Notes under the pieces: model-generated | What the model was told of the DNA's origin: nothing | What the model saw: only the letters and a program-made list of their open reading frames with translations | Databases searched by the model: none | Shown: positions 1 to 8,916 of the stretch, one piece after another | How positions within the stretch are numbered: position 1 is the stretch's first letter | Layout: each line of letters opens with the position of its first letter | Translations under genes and position numbers: made by a program | Assembly: GCA_050298055.1 (NCBI GenBank) | Contig: JBNKTL010000037.1 | Coordinates: forward strand, 1 to 49,282 | DNA from: Spirochaetota bacterium | GTDB taxonomy: Bacteria > Spirochaetota > UBA4802 > UBA5550 | Length of the DNA stretch: 49,282 nt | Direction of reading: 5' to 3'

Positions 1-1817
1 GCAGGCTGGGTAATATATGTTTCATTGATCAATTCTGAAGTTTTATCGGTTTTTCCTCCTCCTGGGAAAATAATATCACGAAGATCGACATCTATAAAAG
101 GCTTCAGGTATTCAGAACATTCATCAATAAGTTTCTGAAATATCTTTTCTTCTTTATAAAGACCGGAGCCCATGTTTACGTATTGTGCCCCCTGGCCGGG
201 AAACATGAAAGAGACAGGCCTGTTCACTATATCGGTTTTATTTATCGGTCTGTTTTCATTCAGGTTTTCTTCAAGTTGATCAATACAATCTTTATTTTCA
301 TGACAAATGATGAAATCTCTGTACATAAATTCCTTTCGGCCTGTTTTCAGTGTATAAGCCGCATCAGCTATGTTGATTTCCGGATTTATCCGGAGGTAAT
401 CCCTGAATGCGGTTTTTGACCCTGATAAAGAGTTATCGGTTTTACCGGAAAAAGTCAATATTTGCCATGGTCTTGTGGGCCCTGGACTATCCGACCGAAA
501 AGCTTCTTCAAGTATTGCATGGGCATTGGTGCCGCCAATACCAAAGGAGCTTACTCCTGCTCTTCTCGGGGTATTATCTGTTTCCCAGTCAATCAATTCG
601 GTATTAATATAAAACGGGCTCTCCATCAATTTCAATGCAGGGTTTGGTTTTTGAAAGTGTAAGAGGGGAGGGATTTTCTTTTTTTCCAGGCAGAGAGCAG
701 TTTTAATGAGTCCCGCAACTCCTGCTGCGGCGTCCATATGCCCGATGTTAGTTTTTACAGATCCGATTGCACAGTATCCTCGTTTTTCTGTTCCTGTACG
801 GAATACTTTTGTCAGGGCTGAAATCTCAATGGGGTCCCCAATGGGTGTCCCCGTGCCATGTGTTTCAATATAGGATATTGTTTCCGGGTGGACTTCAGCC
901 AGAGCCTGGGCCATTGCTATGACTTCTGCCTGGCCGTCAACACTGGGTGCGGTAAATCCCGCTTTTAATGAGCCGTCATTATTAATGGCACTGCTTCTAA
1001 TTACGGCATAGATATGGTCTCTCTCATTGAGAGCGTCTTCCAGCCTTTTAAGCACCACCACTCCCACACCCTCGCCAAAGACCGTTCCGGACGCTTCGGA
1101 ATCAAATGCTCTGCAATAGCCGTCGGGAGACAAAATGATCCCTTCCTTATGAAGATACCCGGTTTTTGGAGGGACTATAACAGTAGCGCCTCCACCCAGG
1201 GCCATATCACATTGATAGTTCAAAAGGCTCTGACACGCGAGATGTATGGAAACCAGTGAAGTAGAACATGCAGTCTGAATGTCAATACTCGGTCCCTTCA
1301 GGTCCAGCTTGAATGAAACCCTTGTTGTCAGATAATCCTTTTCATTTCCAATCATTGTGATAAAATCCCCAACGGTTTTTACTTGGGGGCTGTTGAGAAG
1401 GGCTTTGATCAGATAATTATTAATGCTGCACCCGCCAAAGACGCCAATTGATCCATCGTACTTTCCCGGGTCATATCCTGCATTTTCCAGGGCAAGCCAT
1501 GAGTGTTCGAGAAACAGCCGGTGCTGAGGGTCCATTATTTCCGCTTCCCGGGGAGTATAACCGAAAAAGTCAGCATCAAAAAGGCTGCTGTCTTCAAGAA
1601 CGGCGCTCATTTTCACATAGTTGGGATTCTGTATTAGATTTGGATCAATTCCAGCCGCAAGCAGCTCTTCATCACTGAAAGTCGTATATCCGTCTTTCCC
1701 ATTGATAAGATTTACCCAGAATTCATCAATATTTTCAGCTCCGGGGAACAATCCTGACATCCCGATTATGGCAATACTATTGTCCGGAATATTATTATTT
1801 TTATTGTAATCACTCAT
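1..1817 (-). CDS. Type I PKS, KS domain plus start of AT domain; truncated by the window edge
   Basis: Hand translation from ATG 1817: MSDYNK..SIAIIGMSGLFPGA, MDPQHRLFLE, DIQTACSTSL (catalytic Cys), ETHGTGTPIGDPIE, GSVKTNIGH, then the AT start FMFPGQGAQY. Not in the ORF track. Confidence 0.95.
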   Translation of the reverse strand, partial: MSDYNKNNNIPDNSIAIIGMSGLFPGAENIDEFWVNLINGKDGYTTFSDEELLAAGIDPNLIQNPNYVKMSAVLEDSSLFDADFFGYTPREAEIMDPQHRLFLEHSWLALENAGYDPGKYDGSIGVFGGCSINNYLIKALLNSPQVKTVGDFITMIGNEKDYLTTRVSFKLDLKGPSIDIQTACSTSLVSIHLACQSLLNYQCDMALGGGATVIVPPKTGYLHKEGIILSPDGYCRAFDSEASGTVFGEGVGVVVLKRLEDALNERDHIYAVIRSSAINNDGSLKAGFTAPSVDGQAEVIAMAQALAEVHPETISYIETHGTGTPIGDPIEISALTKVFRTGTEKRGYCAIGSVKTNIGHMDAAAGVAGLIKTALCLEKKKIPPLLHFQKPNPALKLMESPFYINTELIDWETDNTPRRAGVSSFGIGGTNAHAILEEAFRSDSPGPTRPWQILTFSGKTDNSLSGSKTAFRDYLRINPEINIADAAYTLKTGRKEFMYRDFIICHENKDCIDQLEENLNENRPINKTDIVNRPVSFMFPGQGAQYVNMGSGLYKEEKIFQKLIDECSEYLKPFIDVDLRDIIFPGGGKTDKTSELINETYITQP

Positions 1818-1844
1818 ATATGGCCTTTACATAGATTCCGGATA

Positions 1845-2879
1845 CTAATTATTATTTTTGCCCATATTTTCAAGACTTTCCTTCTCAATGTCAAGTGCGC
1901 TTATTATTGAATCAAGTTCTTCACGGGGTTGCCGATTGATTTTCCCAAGAGCTCCATCTCTTGTTAAATGCCCTTTTCTAATAAGATGGCTTAATTCAAG
2001 TTCATAGGGATTATATCCCAGTTTTTTTTCATGAACATAATTGTTGAAAATATTTAATCTGCAGTTGGACGAACATCCGTCCACATCGCCAGGTTCTTTC
2101 CAGCCAATTCTTTTCACGTTTTGAATAAGTTCATTTTCAGTTATCTCTTCAAGGCAGAGGAGGTTAATGTTATACGGATATGACTTTATACTCTTTAAAA
2201 CATCATCCGAAATCGACAGGTAATCATCAACCGAATCTCCCACATATTCTCTTAACCTGTCCATCTGTGATTTCCGGCTCTCCTGAAGAAAGCTGTAGTT
2301 GCTTTGGAAAATAATTGAATTCGCCGGTATTTGCCCCAGTGTAAATCCTGAGATGATAAAGGGGATCTTCTTTTCAAGTGCAATTTTTAAAGCGGAAAGA
2401 TTGACAATGGAGATACAGGAATTACATACGGATGATATCCTTTTCAGTGTCACCGGGCTGTATATTTCTTTTAACGCGCTTGCCCTGATAATGGATTTCA
2501 TGAATTTCGATGAGGGTTTATATGTTATATGGTCTACCCCAAGGTTATCAGTAATTCGTTTGATGTTTTCAAAAGCTGTGTGTGATAAAAAACCGTTGTC
2601 CAGAGTAAATGAAAGGACTTTAAGCCCGTATTTTTCAACGGCAAGTTTCAGGGTATAGGTGCTGTCTTTTCCACCGCTGTAACAGATAAGAGCATCGTAT
2701 CCTGATGTGTGGGATTTTCTCTCAAAAAGGTCCCGGACTTTATCCCGCGCATTCTTGATTGCACCGGTGTCAGTTCCCGCTATTATTTCATTTCTACAGA
2801 AATTGCAGACTCCATTCTCATCAAATTTAATACCGGGAAAAGCAGATGTCATTACGCATTGAGAACATCTTTTTGCCAT
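1845..2879 (-). CDS. PP-loop adenine-nucleotide alpha-hydrolase (ANH) family ATPase, N-acetyl-sugar amidotransferase/WbpG-like
   Basis: CSQC..CNFC N-terminus, YSGGKDS PP-loop, CNSC and CSSNC motifs. Alternative TTG start at 2888 overlaps the ACP stop. Confidence 0.75.
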   Translation of the reverse strand: MAKRCSQCVMTSAFPGIKFDENGVCNFCRNEIIAGTDTGAIKNARDKVRDLFERKSHTSGYDALICYSGGKDSTYTLKLAVEKYGLKVLSFTLDNGFLSHTAFENIKRITDNLGVDHITYKPSSKFMKSIIRASALKEIYSPVTLKRISSVCNSCISIVNLSALKIALEKKIPFIISGFTLGQIPANSIIFQSNYSFLQESRKSQMDRLREYVGDSVDDYLSISDDVLKSIKSYPYNINLLCLEEITENELIQNVKRIGWKEPGDVDGCSSNCRLNIFNNYVHEKKLGYNPYELELSHLIRKGHLTRDGALGKINRQPREELDSIISALDIEKESLENMGKNNN

Positions 2880-2884
2880 ATTGA

Positions 2885-3127
2885 TCAATTTCCCATCTCT
2901 CTTTTTATAAAATCAACAATCTTCAATACAGAACCAAAGTTGTCTCTGTTCATCTGGTCTTCATGTATTGCAATTGAAAATTCTTCTTCAATAAAACCGG
3001 CAATTTCTACCAGGCCGAAGGAGTCGATGATACCCTGGTCTATCATTGATTCATTTAAATTAATGTCTTCTGTCTCAACCATGAAGTTGAGGCAGATAAA
3101 TCCGAGAAGTTTATCCTGTATTTCCAT
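2885..3127 (-). CDS. Stand-alone acyl/aminoacyl carrier protein
   Basis: 80 aa, acidic, GIIDSFG phosphopantetheine site. Confidence 0.92.
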   Translation of the reverse strand: MEIQDKLLGFICLNFMVETEDINLNESMIDQGIIDSFGLVEIAGFIEEEFSIAIHEDQMNRDNFGSVLKIVDFIKREMGN

Positions 3128-3136
3128 TTCATCCTG

Positions 3137-5131
3137 TCAGTTATCAGTTGCTTGAGCGGAATAATCAATAATTTCGACATTTTTTGTACTGCTATTCAGA
3201 GTGTGAATCTGTGGATTATCAATCCAGTATTTTACAATCTGGGCAGAAAGTATAAAAGTTATGATCATATTATCACGGTATCCCACTTGCTCCGGAGTTT
3301 TATTTTTAAATTTGTGGAGAAGTCTTGCAACAAATTTTTCATTAAAAATTTCATATTTATTTATCATTTCCTTTGAGAGAAAATGTTCTGTATTTTTTGT
3401 AGGTTTCCCATTTCTGAAAAAAGACTTTAGGTCCGGAGCCTGGTAGGGGAGTTTCGGCCTGTTAATGATTGATCCCGGAATTTTATCTGCGAATGTTTTT
3501 TTCAGAAGATGCTTCTGTGAGAGACCATGAAGTTTAAATGAATCTTTATAATAGAATGTCTTTTCAACAATTCTGTGGTCCAGGAAAGGATAACGGCCCT
3601 CTACGCTGTGTGCCAGTGACATCCTGTCTCCCTGGGAAGAGAGGAGGTATCCGGAAAGGAGCGATTTCATTTCGAGAAACTGGTTTTTCTGCAGGAGAGT
3701 CCATGACGGGAAATTATCCGGGAGGGTCTTCCTGATTTTTTTCAGAAGTTCATCTTTGTCAAATTTAATTTTATGGTCTTTGTTTAAATAATTGGTAATT
3801 ATTTTATTGTTTCCTGTTCTGATATTAAGGCCGGTCAACTCATTGTCGAAGTCATCAACAAATCCTTCGTAATACATCCTGATAAAACCGGACCGTCGGC
3901 TTTCCCTGTAATGGCGAAGGTGTGGGTAAAGATTGCCAAGTATTTCATTGATCTTCTCTGATTCCGGATCTTTTCGCCAGAGGTCCAGCAGGACCAGTTC
4001 CTTAAAGGAATCATAACCGAAGAGAATTTCATCGGCAGCCTCCCCGGTCAGTACGACTTTAATCCCGTTTTCATGAACAGACCTTGAAAGAAGGTAGAGA
4101 GGAACAGGGGCAGTCCTGAAAACCGGCCGCTCCGTGTGATAAATGGCATTCATGAAATTACTGTCAATGAGATCATAATCGATTTTGATTTCATGGTGAT
4201 CGGAATTAATTGAGTTGACCATCTCTTTCTGGTATCGGGATTCGTCATAATCCCTGTCTTCGAATGCAATTGAAAAAGTTTTAAAACGCTCTCCCATAAT
4301 TTCTGAAGTCAGGTGAGTGGTAACCGATGAGTCTATCCCGCCGCTCAGATAGCATGCTACGGGAACATCACTTCTTAACCGCAGTCTTACTGAATCTTTG
4401 AGCAGTGTCCTAAACTCTTCGCACGCATCATCAAACCCGGAAGGTGAACTCCCATTGGATTCACCGATTTCATAATAACGGTGTTTTGCAGGATTTTCAC
4501 CGATTTTGTAAATTTCAAATGTTCCCGATGGAAGAATTCGTATATTCTCAAAAACAGTACTTTCATCAATTGTGTTCCATAAAAGGGCATGTTCATACAG
4601 GTTCTGAATATTAAAAGCCCGCTGGTAGTTTTCAATGAGATCGAATGCTTTTAACTCAGATGAGAAATAAAAGCGGTTGTTATGGTTCAAAATGTAGAGA
4701 GGTCGGATGCCATAGCGGTCCCGGGCTGCTATTAGTTTCTTCTCAATCCTGTCCCAGATGATGAGAGCAAACTGGCCATTAAATTTAGCGAAAGCATCGT
4801 ATCCGTAAACTTCAAATGATCTGAGAACAACTTCGGTGTCGCTGTTTGTTTTAAAAGCAACTCCCTTCTTTTCAAGTTCTTCACGAAGTTCGATGTAGTT
4901 ATAGACTTCCCCGTTATAAATGAGAACAAATCTCTCGGTCATCATTGGTTGATCACCGGTATTTAAGTCAAGGATTGAAAGCCGGGTATGGCCCAGCGCG
5001 ACATCACCAGATAGATAGATACCCCATCCGTCCGGACCGCGATGTGCCAGAGTAGAGACCATTTTTCTGATCTCACTTTTTCTGCTGTTTCGATCATCAT
5101 CCCTATAAAGTATTGCAGCAATCCCGCACAT
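3137..5131 (-). CDS. asnB: Asparagine synthetase (glutamine-hydrolysing)-like amidotransferase
   Basis: MCGI Ntn Cys, HRGPD, LSGGIDSS, LTGEAADE, DRMSLAHSVEGRYPFLD. Confidence 0.93.
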   Translation of the reverse strand: MCGIAAILYRDDDRNSRKSEIRKMVSTLAHRGPDGWGIYLSGDVALGHTRLSILDLNTGDQPMMTERFVLIYNGEVYNYIELREELEKKGVAFKTNSDTEVVLRSFEVYGYDAFAKFNGQFALIIWDRIEKKLIAARDRYGIRPLYILNHNNRFYFSSELKAFDLIENYQRAFNIQNLYEHALLWNTIDESTVFENIRILPSGTFEIYKIGENPAKHRYYEIGESNGSSPSGFDDACEEFRTLLKDSVRLRLRSDVPVACYLSGGIDSSVTTHLTSEIMGERFKTFSIAFEDRDYDESRYQKEMVNSINSDHHEIKIDYDLIDSNFMNAIYHTERPVFRTAPVPLYLLSRSVHENGIKVVLTGEAADEILFGYDSFKELVLLDLWRKDPESEKINEILGNLYPHLRHYRESRRSGFIRMYYEGFVDDFDNELTGLNIRTGNNKIITNYLNKDHKIKFDKDELLKKIRKTLPDNFPSWTLLQKNQFLEMKSLLSGYLLSSQGDRMSLAHSVEGRYPFLDHRIVEKTFYYKDSFKLHGLSQKHLLKKTFADKIPGSIINRPKLPYQAPDLKSFFRNGKPTKNTEHFLSKEMINKYEIFNEKFVARLLHKFKNKTPEQVGYRDNMIITFILSAQIVKYWIDNPQIHTLNSSTKNVEIIDYSAQATDN

Positions 5132-5132
5132 T

Positions 5133-8100
5133 TTATTCCTTTTTTCTTATGTCCATAAGTCTGCGTTTCTGCCCGTATGATTTTTTTTGTTTGTCAATTC
5201 TTTCAACTGTTTTTTGATCAATTGGAGAAGTATCATTCTTTTTCGTAAGATATTCTGCAAGAGTGTTTATTGTTGGATAGCGGAAAAGAAGAGTAATATC
5301 AACCTCTTCCCTCAGTGAAACAGACAGCATTCTTCGTACCTGGATCATAAGAATTGATGTCCCCCCCAGGTTAAAAAAGTTGTCATTAATACTTATTGCG
5401 TCTAAACTAAGAATATTCTCCCATGTGGAAGCAATAATTCTCTGAATATCGTTTTGAGGTTTAATTATCTCTTCATCAATCCGATTGCTGCGCCAGTCAG
5501 GTTCGGGGAGTTTCGATGTGTCCAGCTTTCCGTTATGGGATAATGGAAAAGCCTCCAGAAACATAAAAAAAGAAGGGACCATATATGCCGGTATTCTCTC
5601 ACTGAGGAATTGACGGATTTCATTAGGGTCTATCCTGTTTACTTCATTTGCAATGATATAAGCCACAAGACGTTTATCACTTGATGAATAATTTTTTGCG
5701 ACAACAGCAGATTTGATTATACCCGGGAAATTATCCAGCTGTGATTCAATCTCTCCCAGTTCAACACGGTGGCCCATTAGCTGTACCTGGCGGTCAGTCC
5801 GGCCGGCAAATTCAATATTTCCGTCATTCAACCAGCGTGCCAGGTCCCCGGTTTTATAGATAATACAGTCTTTTTCACCTCTCCTGAAAGGATTCGGGAG
5901 AAAACGTTCCCGGGTAAGATCTTCACGGTTTAAATATCCCCGCGCAAGCTGTCTTCCGCCGATATAGAGTTCTCCGTATACTCCGGGAGGGAGAGGATTC
6001 ATAGATGGATCAAGAATATACATATATGTATTGGCGATAGGTTTCCCGATAGGTACGGTTATTGTGCGGCTGTTTCTTTTACATTCATATGCAGTAACAT
6101 CAATCGATGCTTCCGTAGGCCCATAGAGATTATGGAGTCTTGATGAGAACAGTTTGAAAAATTTATTTTGTACTGAAACGGGAAGTTCTTCACCGCTGCA
6201 TATAACATCTCTCAGTGATGTACATTCTTTTGCGCCGGGTTCTTCGAGAAACTGATTCAGCATGGAGGGAACAAAATGTAATATTGTTATATTTTCATCT
6301 TTTATGATTTTTATAAGGTTTGAATTATCCCTGTGTGTACCGGGTTCTGCCATAACAAGGCTGGAGCCTGATATAAAAGGCAAAAAGAACTCCCATACTG
6401 ATACATCGAAACCGAATGGAGTCTTTTGGAGGATGCAGTCTTTTGGGGACAGTCCGTATTCATCTTTCATCCATAACAGACGGTTGCATATTCCCCTGTG
6501 TGTTATTTCAGCTCCTTTTGGTTGGCCGGTAGAACCTGAAGTATATATTACATAGGCAAGGTTGTCCTGTGTGGTTCTGCATTCAGGGTTTTCAGAATTC
6601 TTTATATTCTCAAGTTCATCAGAATTGACAGTTATTGTCTTAATATGACCCGCTTTATCGATTTTTGAAAGGTCATTTTTTAGATGCTCCTGGGTTAATA
6701 GAATGGGTATTTTGCTGTCCTCAATAAGATATTCAATGCGCTTTTGGGGAAGCGAGGGATCAAGAGGAAGGTAAGCACCGCCTGACTTCAATACTGCAAC
6801 GAGTGCAATTGCCATCTCAAGGGAACGTTCCATGTAGACCCCGATTATTGTTTCAGGGCCTGCTCCGCAGTCTATCAACTTGTGAGCAAGCCTGTTTGTC
6901 TTTTTGTTAAAATCGTCATATGACAGGCTTGTATTTTTAAATCGTACTGCTGTATTTTCCGGAGTTTTTTCAACCTGTTTTTCAATAAGCTGATGGAGGC
7001 AGATCATATCAGGATATGTCACATCGGTAGCGTTCCATTCACGTAGCAGTTTATCAAGATCGTTTTTATTCAGCAAGGGGAGGGCCGCGGCATTCTTTTC
7101 AGGATCGGACAGGGACGATTTAAGGAGAGTCAGGTATGAATTTGTGATCTGGATAATTGATTCTTCCTCAAACAGATCGGTATTATATTCAATATGTCCA
7201 TTAATTGAATTCTCAGATTCATACAATCGTAAGAAAATATCCAGCTGTGATCCATTACCCTCTATTGTTAAAGGTTTAATTTCAGTATTATCCAGGGTCA
7301 GAAACATAGGGGCTTCAAATGTAAATCCTGATTGAAAGAGTGGATTTAACCGCGCGTTTCTTTTATCCGGGAATACCTTGACGATAAATTCATAAGGAAC
7401 TTCCTGGTTCCTGTGTGCCTCCAGCATTCTTTGTCTGATCTGTTTCAGTATTGAATTGAATGATGGATTATTTGAAAAACTAACAGGTATCGGAAGGATG
7501 TTGACAAAACACCCCATAATACCCTTGTGTTTTTCCTCGCGTCTGTTTGTCAATGGAACGCCGATAATAATCTCTTCCTGACCGCAATACCTGTAGAGAA
7601 GCAAGGAATAAACAGAGAGAAGAACAAGAAAAATACTGGTCCTGTGAGTATTACAGAATTCTTTTAAATTACTGCAGAGCTGCTGATTAATATGAAAAGG
7701 ATGTGTTTTCCCATTGAGAGATGCGATCTGAGGGCGTATTTTATCCGCAGGAAATTCAAGGACACAGTTCTTCTTTTCTAATAGCTCCTTCCAGTATGAA
7801 AGCATGTTTTTGAACTTCTCGGAATCAAGAAAATTCAATTGCCATTCACAATAATCTCTGTACTGATAGGACGGTCCATTTGTGGTGAGATCTTTGTTAG
7901 CAAGTAACTCATTATATATACAACCCAATTCTTGAGAAAACAATTCCTTTGAAGTAAGATCAATCAGGATATGATGAATAACCAGAGATAAGATAAACAG
8001 CTTTTCGTCCAGTTTAAAAATCCTGATCCGAAATAAGGGCCAGTTACTCAAATCAAATTGAAATGATGTTTCCGATTTCAGAATTTGCTCAATGGCTGGA

Positions 8101-8399
8101 TCTCTTTTTTCCGGAAAAATATTGCTTAAGTCTTCAACGGGTATACACAGCTGTTTTGAATCCAGGATTTTCTGTTTAAGTTCGTCATTATAATGCGTAA
8201 AGATTGTACGGAATATTTCATGTCTTTTAATCATCTCATTGATACTTCTTACAAAGATATCAGGATTGAAATTACCGGAAATTTTAAAAAATGAAGAGAT
8301 ATTGTAAGCTGATGATTCCGGATGTAACTGGTTTATGAGCCAGAATTGTCGCTGGATTATCGAAGCCGGATATATTTTTTTATCGTTGAGTTCATTCAT
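5133..8399 (-). CDS. NRPS module C-A-T
   Basis: C domain HHILID; A domain YTSGSTGQPKG, FDVSVWE, NLYGPTE, YKTGDL, NGKLD; PCP FFNLGGTS. Confidence 0.96.
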   Translation of the reverse strand: MNELNDKKIYPASIIQRQFWLINQLHPESSAYNISSFFKISGNFNPDIFVRSINEMIKRHEIFRTIFTHYNDELKQKILDSKQLCIPVEDLSNIFPEKRDPAIEQILKSETSFQFDLSNWPLFRIRIFKLDEKLFILSLVIHHILIDLTSKELFSQELGCIYNELLANKDLTTNGPSYQYRDYCEWQLNFLDSEKFKNMLSYWKELLEKKNCVLEFPADKIRPQIASLNGKTHPFHINQQLCSNLKEFCNTHRTSIFLVLLSVYSLLLYRYCGQEEIIIGVPLTNRREEKHKGIMGCFVNILPIPVSFSNNPSFNSILKQIRQRMLEAHRNQEVPYEFIVKVFPDKRNARLNPLFQSGFTFEAPMFLTLDNTEIKPLTIEGNGSQLDIFLRLYESENSINGHIEYNTDLFEEESIIQITNSYLTLLKSSLSDPEKNAAALPLLNKNDLDKLLREWNATDVTYPDMICLHQLIEKQVEKTPENTAVRFKNTSLSYDDFNKKTNRLAHKLIDCGAGPETIIGVYMERSLEMAIALVAVLKSGGAYLPLDPSLPQKRIEYLIEDSKIPILLTQEHLKNDLSKIDKAGHIKTITVNSDELENIKNSENPECRTTQDNLAYVIYTSGSTGQPKGAEITHRGICNRLLWMKDEYGLSPKDCILQKTPFGFDVSVWEFFLPFISGSSLVMAEPGTHRDNSNLIKIIKDENITILHFVPSMLNQFLEEPGAKECTSLRDVICSGEELPVSVQNKFFKLFSSRLHNLYGPTEASIDVTAYECKRNSRTITVPIGKPIANTYMYILDPSMNPLPPGVYGELYIGGRQLARGYLNREDLTRERFLPNPFRRGEKDCIIYKTGDLARWLNDGNIEFAGRTDRQVQLMGHRVELGEIESQLDNFPGIIKSAVVAKNYSSSDKRLVAYIIANEVNRIDPNEIRQFLSERIPAYMVPSFFMFLEAFPLSHNGKLDTSKLPEPDWRSNRIDEEIIKPQNDIQRIIASTWENILSLDAISINDNFFNLGGTSILMIQVRRMLSVSLREEVDITLLFRYPTINTLAEYLTKKNDTSPIDQKTVERIDKQKKSYGQKRRLMDIRKKE

Positions 8400-8560
8400 A
8401 GGTTATTCTTATATTGCATAATAAATATACAGATTCGCATTATGTGTTTAAAAAAAGAATGATATTTGAAAAAAAAACATTATTTATATAAAAATTTGGT
8501 GTAAAATTATCCGATTAGTGTATTATATGTCAATAAATCTATGAATAATGGGAAATAAAT

Positions 8561-8902
8561 ATGGATTATAAAATTCAAAATCGTAACGGCATCATGCTGA
8601 TCAATCCTTTTGGTGATATGGACCAGTTTTTTAATTCAGGGAAAAACAATGATATTGTTAACAATATTATGGAAAATCCAGACTCCCATCTCATTATAGA
8701 CTTTTCCGACTGCATTTCAATAAACAGTTCGAGTGTCAAAATGCTTTATAAATTAATCAACAAATATAATGATAATGATAAAGAGATTGCACTCTGCAAT
8801 GTTAATACCGAGGTGGAGGATATCTTTAAAATCGCAGACCTGATAGATAAAGTCAGCATTTATAAATCAGAAAAGGAAGCAATTGGTTCTTTTGAAAATT
8901 AA
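8561..8902 (+). CDS. STAS domain anti-sigma-factor antagonist
   Basis: 113 aa with IIDFSDCISINSSS and LCNVN..VEDIFKI. Confidence 0.85.
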   Translation: MDYKIQNRNGIMLINPFGDMDQFFNSGKNNDIVNNIMENPDSHLIIDFSDCISINSSSVKMLYKLINKYNDNDKEIALCNVNTEVEDIFKIADLIDKVSIYKSEKEAIGSFEN

Positions 8903-8916
8903 TCTCATTATAATGA

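Noticed and set aside
183..1809. Short plus-strand ORFs in the track
   Set aside because: They are shadows of the minus-strand PKS gene.
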